Source: an uncultured bacterium (lineage in GTDB: Bacteria; Patescibacteriota; Minisyncoccia; UBA6257; 2-01-FULL-56-20). From it: a stretch of 64,000 nt of DNA. The notes under the pieces are model-generated. The model was given only the letters and a program-made list of their open reading frames with translations. It had not been told where the DNA came from and made no database searches. The translations under genes were made by a program, and so were the position numbers. Positions 60,772 to 64,000 of this stretch are shown piece by piece; the stretch's first letter is position 1, and the number at the start of each line of letters is the position of its first letter. The DNA is taken from positions 64,001-128,000 of the forward strand of contig CAWJQC010000008.1 of assembly GCA_963844965.1 (NCBI GenBank), read 5' to 3'.

Positions 60772-62082
60772 TTATCGATGCCCGCTCTTGAGTGTCTCCT
60801 CAACGACAAGTCGTTCGTTCCAGGGAATTTTTTCGCCTTTTTCTATATGAATCCAGTCCTCGCTTCCCTTGCCGGTCAGCACAACAACGTCGCCGTTTCT
60901 GGCCACAGAAACCGCTTTCTTAATCGCCTCGCGCCGGTCGGTAAGTTCCCTTGTCGCATATCGCTTGTCACTTGTCACTCCGGATTTTATCTCCGATAAA
61001 ATCTGGCTAGGATTTTCGTCGTATGGGTCTTCGTTCGTCAGAATAATTTCATTGCAATATTCGGCGGCGATTTTTCCCATTTCCGGCCGCTTCCACCTGT
61101 CTCTGCCGCCACCCGCCGCCCCGAGAACACATATCAACTTGGACCTTGGAACTTTCAAAAAAGAATAAACTTTTTTTAATGAATCCGGCGTATGGGCGTA
61201 ATCTATAACAACCGAGAACGGGGTTCTTTGCACAAATTCCATCCTCCCCGGAACACCGCGGAAGGATCGTATCGCCTCTCTCGTCGCGTCTTCGCCGACC
61301 CCGATATCTCGCGCTACCGCAACGGCGGCGGCAATATTTTCTTTATTGAAATCTTCCAGCGGAAATTCACTGCGTGAATTGTCGGCGGCAACCCGAAGCG
61401 GACCTCGCCGCGGCAATAGCCGAGAAACATTCCCGTCATTCACCGAATACGCGGCTGGTCTGAATTTCTTGAGCGCATCAAAAAAGAAACCGGCGCTCTT
61501 ATCCTCCGCATTGATGAAAATCTTTCCGCCCTTCTCGCCCACATAGCGCAAGAAATCAAGCTTGGCCTCACGATATTTTTCAAAAGAACCGTGCGCTTCA
61601 ATGTGCTCCGGAGCGAGATTTGTCAAAATCCCCATATTCCAATTCACGAACAGATGGCGCGACAAAATCACGCCCTGCGAAGTGGCCTCAATCAACGCAT
61701 ACTGGCAATCGGCGCGGACTGCTTTACGCAAGAAGCGTTGAATGTAGGCGCGGCCTGGCATACTGTTTCCCGTTGGGTTCTTCTCGGAGCGATCGCCGAT
61801 TTTCACGCGAAGCGACGAAAGCAGGGCAGTTTTTTTGCCCGCCGCCTCTAGAATTGCGTTCAAAAGTTCAAGAGTCGTCGTCTTGCCCTTCGTGCCCGTT
61901 ACGCCGACCACAAAAATATTCCTGCTTGGAAAACCGCAAAAAACTGCGCCGAAAAAAGCCCAAAGGAAATGGTAAAGCCAAGCCGCGCCCGACAAATTAT
62001 AGAAAAACCCGACCAGGGGAAAATTTTTTATTTTCTCCATCATAAATAATGACCGGCCAATAAGATTGCTAAACTTTACCAC
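60772..62082 (-). CDS. Mur ligase family protein (MurE-like)
   Basis: VGVTGTKGKTTT P-loop, DYAHTPDSL and the C-terminal Mur ligase domain. The N-terminus is hydrophobic and short. Confidence 0.6.
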   Translation of the reverse strand: MVKFSNLIGRSLFMMEKIKNFPLVGFFYNLSGAAWLYHFLWAFFGAVFCGFPSRNIFVVGVTGTKGKTTTLELLNAILEAAGKKTALLSSLRVKIGDRSEKNPTGNSMPGRAYIQRFLRKAVRADCQYALIEATSQGVILSRHLFVNWNMGILTNLAPEHIEAHGSFEKYREAKLDFLRYVGEKGGKIFINAEDKSAGFFFDALKKFRPAAYSVNDGNVSRLLPRRGPLRVAADNSRSEFPLEDFNKENIAAAVAVARDIGVGEDATREAIRSFRGVPGRMEFVQRTPFSVVIDYAHTPDSLKKVYSFLKVPRSKLICVLGAAGGGRDRWKRPEMGKIAAEYCNEIILTNEDPYDENPSQILSEIKSGVTSDKRYATRELTDRREAIKKAVSVARNGDVVVLTGKGSEDWIHIEKGEKIPWNERLVVEETLKSGHR

Positions 62083-62650
62083 TCAGAATCTTAAGCGCAG
62101 CCTTCAACCGTTCTTCCAAATTAACAATTTTCTCGTCAACTTTTCCGAGCGCTGCCTTGGCCTGTTCGCGGCGGTAGCCCAAGCCGACGAGCGTCTCAAC
62201 GAGGTCAGCGTCAACCTCCATTTTGCCCACGGCAATCTCGGATTTTTCTGATTGTACTTTGCTCTTCAATTCCAGAATAATCCGCTCGGCCGTTTTCCTG
62301 CCGATCCCCGACGCGCGCGTGAGCAAATCCGGTCGCCCCTCTTTGATGGCTGCCGCCAAATTTTTCAGCTCGGCAACTTCCATTATAGACAACGCCGACT
62401 TCGGCCCCACGCCGGAAACGGAAATCAATAGCTCAAAAAAGTTCAATTCGGCTTCCGTCAGAAATCCGTAGAGTTCCAGTCCGTCCTCGCGCATATGCAA
62501 ATGACAGAAAAATTTAACGGCCAAGCCAATGGGTGGTAAAGCACCCAGCGTGCGACCGCTTACAAAAACCTTGAGCCCCAATCCAGCCGCGTCCACAACC
62601 GCGAAGTGTTCGCTCTTTGACATCAGTTTGCCCGAGACGCTGTAGAGCAT
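62069..62650 (-). CDS. ruvA: Holliday junction branch migration protein RuvA
   Basis: MLYSVSGKL...GLGLKVFVS...LISVSGVGPKSALSIM...ASGIGRKTAERI. Confidence 0.85.
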   Translation of the reverse strand: MLYSVSGKLMSKSEHFAVVDAAGLGLKVFVSGRTLGALPPIGLAVKFFCHLHMREDGLELYGFLTEAELNFFELLISVSGVGPKSALSIMEVAELKNLAAAIKEGRPDLLTRASGIGRKTAERIILELKSKVQSEKSEIAVGKMEVDADLVETLVGLGYRREQAKAALGKVDEKIVNLEERLKAALKILSGKV

Positions 62651-62844
62651 ACCCAGTAGAGGAATTTCGAATTATAACTTTCGGCTTTCTCGACTAAGCC
62701 GTTGACTTGTTCCCGTTGCGCTGATGGTGAAATTGTCCATAAAATAGGTGTTCGGCAGTAGGCGTTCGAAATTCTCCTACTGGGCATAATTCAATTATAC
62801 GGCTACTTGCACTTTTTTTCATATGCCATATACTGAAACCTAAC

Positions 62845-63120
62845 ATGCCCATCACCCAGTCCGCAAAAAAAGCCATGCGCCAGACGAGAAGGCGGTACGC
62901 AAGGAACCTCATCAAAAAAGAGGCCTATAAAAAAGCGGTAAAAAATTTCAGGAAACTGGTCGTAGAAAAGAAAGTGGAGGAAGCAAAAAAAATACTGCCT
63001 GCGGTTTATAAAGCACTGGACAAAGCAGCTAAAACAAACGTTATCGCGAAGAATAAAGCTTCGCGGCTCAAGTCGCGGCTTTCTCATCTGATAGCCAAAT
63101 CAACCAAGACCTCCTCGTAA
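62845..63120 (+). CDS. rpsT: 30S ribosomal protein S20
   Basis: MPITQSAKKAMRQTRRRYARNLIKK... Confidence 0.85.
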   Translation: MPITQSAKKAMRQTRRRYARNLIKKEAYKKAVKNFRKLVVEKKVEEAKKILPAVYKALDKAAKTNVIAKNKASRLKSRLSHLIAKSTKTSS

Positions 63121-63905
63121 TCCAATTTCCCGGATTTTACCTTAAGATCATATTCCGCCATCTGCGGAACTCTCTCGCGCCAGCCGGAAGCCAAAATATT
63201 AAATATCTTGGGCGGCGGGTCGCCAATCGCAAAAAGTTTTTCAAGCGCTGCGATACGGGTTTTCAAATCCTGGCTTTTCAGTCCGCCGAATAACGCCCAG
63301 TAGTCGGGCGCTATTTCCAAATCCAAGTCGGCCAAGTCCTTCTTGTCAATAATGCCGCTTTTTAAGTTTCTGATTTTTTCAAGCTCGGTCACGAGTCCCC
63401 AGGTGTTATTCTGATAAACCGCGGCAAGGAATTTAAACGCGAAATCCGAAAATTCCAACCCAAGTTTTTTCGCCCGTCCCCTCGCGAATATTTCCCATTC
63501 ATAGCCGGTCAAAAATTCAAATTTCTCCGCTGTCGCGGTCGGCTTTTCAATCAAAAAATCCAGGGCCTTGTTGGGCTTCCCTTTTTCCGAGCACAGAACA
63601 ATTGTATCTTTTTTTGCGACAATTTCGTGGAGCACATCCTTTATTTTTTCCTCGTCCGCCTCATAAAGATTTTCCAAAATTGCCAGTTTCTTGCTCTCTC
63701 CTCCGGAGGCGGATCCGCCTACGGCGGAAAAAAGTGGCTGCGCGCGAGCGAACCCCCTGAATTCCTCAAGTGTATCTTTTCCCTCCTCGGCAAAATCAAA
63801 TGTCCGCACGCTCAGGGCGGAGTATTTTTTCTCAAACTCCTTTATATACCATCTCTTTTTTTCTTCCCGGCGATAATCGTCCGGGCCGTAGAGGAAAATT
63901 ATCAT
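63084..63905 (-). CDS. holA: DNA polymerase III subunit delta
   Basis: The N-terminus is [11 protein letters not shown]. The length and helical C-terminal domain fit HolA. Confidence 0.65.
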   Translation of the reverse strand: MIIFLYGPDDYRREEKKRWYIKEFEKKYSALSVRTFDFAEEGKDTLEEFRGFARAQPLFSAVGGSASGGESKKLAILENLYEADEEKIKDVLHEIVAKKDTIVLCSEKGKPNKALDFLIEKPTATAEKFEFLTGYEWEIFARGRAKKLGLEFSDFAFKFLAAVYQNNTWGLVTELEKIRNLKSGIIDKKDLADLDLEIAPDYWALFGGLKSQDLKTRIAALEKLFAIGDPPPKIFNILASGWRERVPQMAEYDLKVKSGKLDYEEVLVDLAIR

Positions 63906-64000
63906 TTTTTGATTGCCACTTTGATAAATTCTTTAAATAATGGATGCGGGCTAAGAGGGCGTGATTTCAATTCTGGATGAAATTGCGTTCCGACAAAGAA
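63902..64000 (-). CDS. Class I glutamine amidotransferase, C-terminal end (partial; start outside window)
   Basis: The minus-strand translation ends [31 protein letters not shown]. The QFHPE active-site His/Glu block is present. The stop overlaps the holA start. Confidence 0.4.
   Translation of the reverse strand, partial: FFVGTQFHPELKSRPLSPHPLFKEFIKVAIKK

Overview
This 64-kb window is a densely packed bacterial chromosomal segment with about 50% GC and frequent ATGA start/stop overlaps. The gene content and the many small membrane ORFs fit an uncultivated small-genome bacterium (CPR/Patescibacteria-like) reconstructed from metagenomic data, but that is a guess. Coding is mostly on the minus strand.

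Gene content, left to right:
- 1-10.1 kb: a GDP-L-fucose glycan cluster. It contains gmd, a NUDIX gmm-like gene, two tandem fcl paralogs, a GT10 alpha-1,3-fucosyltransferase, a GT4 glycosyltransferase, FkbM-type and C-methyltransferase-type methyltransferases, and an O-antigen-ligase-like membrane protein.
- 10-21 kb: housekeeping genes rny, gpmI, secG, an Opp-like substrate-binding protein and rnj, then tRNA-Leu(CAG) plus a second 3' tRNA-Leu-like fragment and an AT-rich HNH endonuclease gene, then trpS.
- 21-30 kb: an IS481-like IS, then ileS and argS. The two synthetase genes are separated by a rearranged junction carrying two alternative cargo genes and duplicated gene-end fragments.
- 30-37 kb: a PP2C-like phosphatase, a class I methyltransferase, folD, glyA, dCMP deaminase and a redoxin-like protein.
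- 37.5-43.7 kb: an AT-rich accessory segment of small promoter-equipped ORFs, a DUF262 (GmrSD-N-like) gene, an IS3-family element and a TIM-barrel protein.
- 44-64 kb: galT, infC-rpmI-rplT, a NUDIX hydrolase, polX, a half-MFS gene, a membrane-anchored Clp-type ATPase, UDG family 4, HU, a PP-loop ATPase, tRNA-Arg(CCG), a LOG-like protein, an MBL/beta-CASP RNase, a MurE-like ligase, ruvA, rpsT, holA and the end of a glutamine amidotransferase.

Notable observations:
- ileS appears to carry a ~200-aa histidine-phosphatase (RHG) domain inserted in its catalytic core.
- A family of palindromic, inverted-repeat-flanked mini-elements occurs at four loci.
- The argS/ileS junction is tandemly duplicated with different cargo in each copy.
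- About 17 apparent frameshifts sit almost all in homopolymer runs. They are most likely sequencing errors rather than pseudogenes.

No CRISPR array or rRNA was found.
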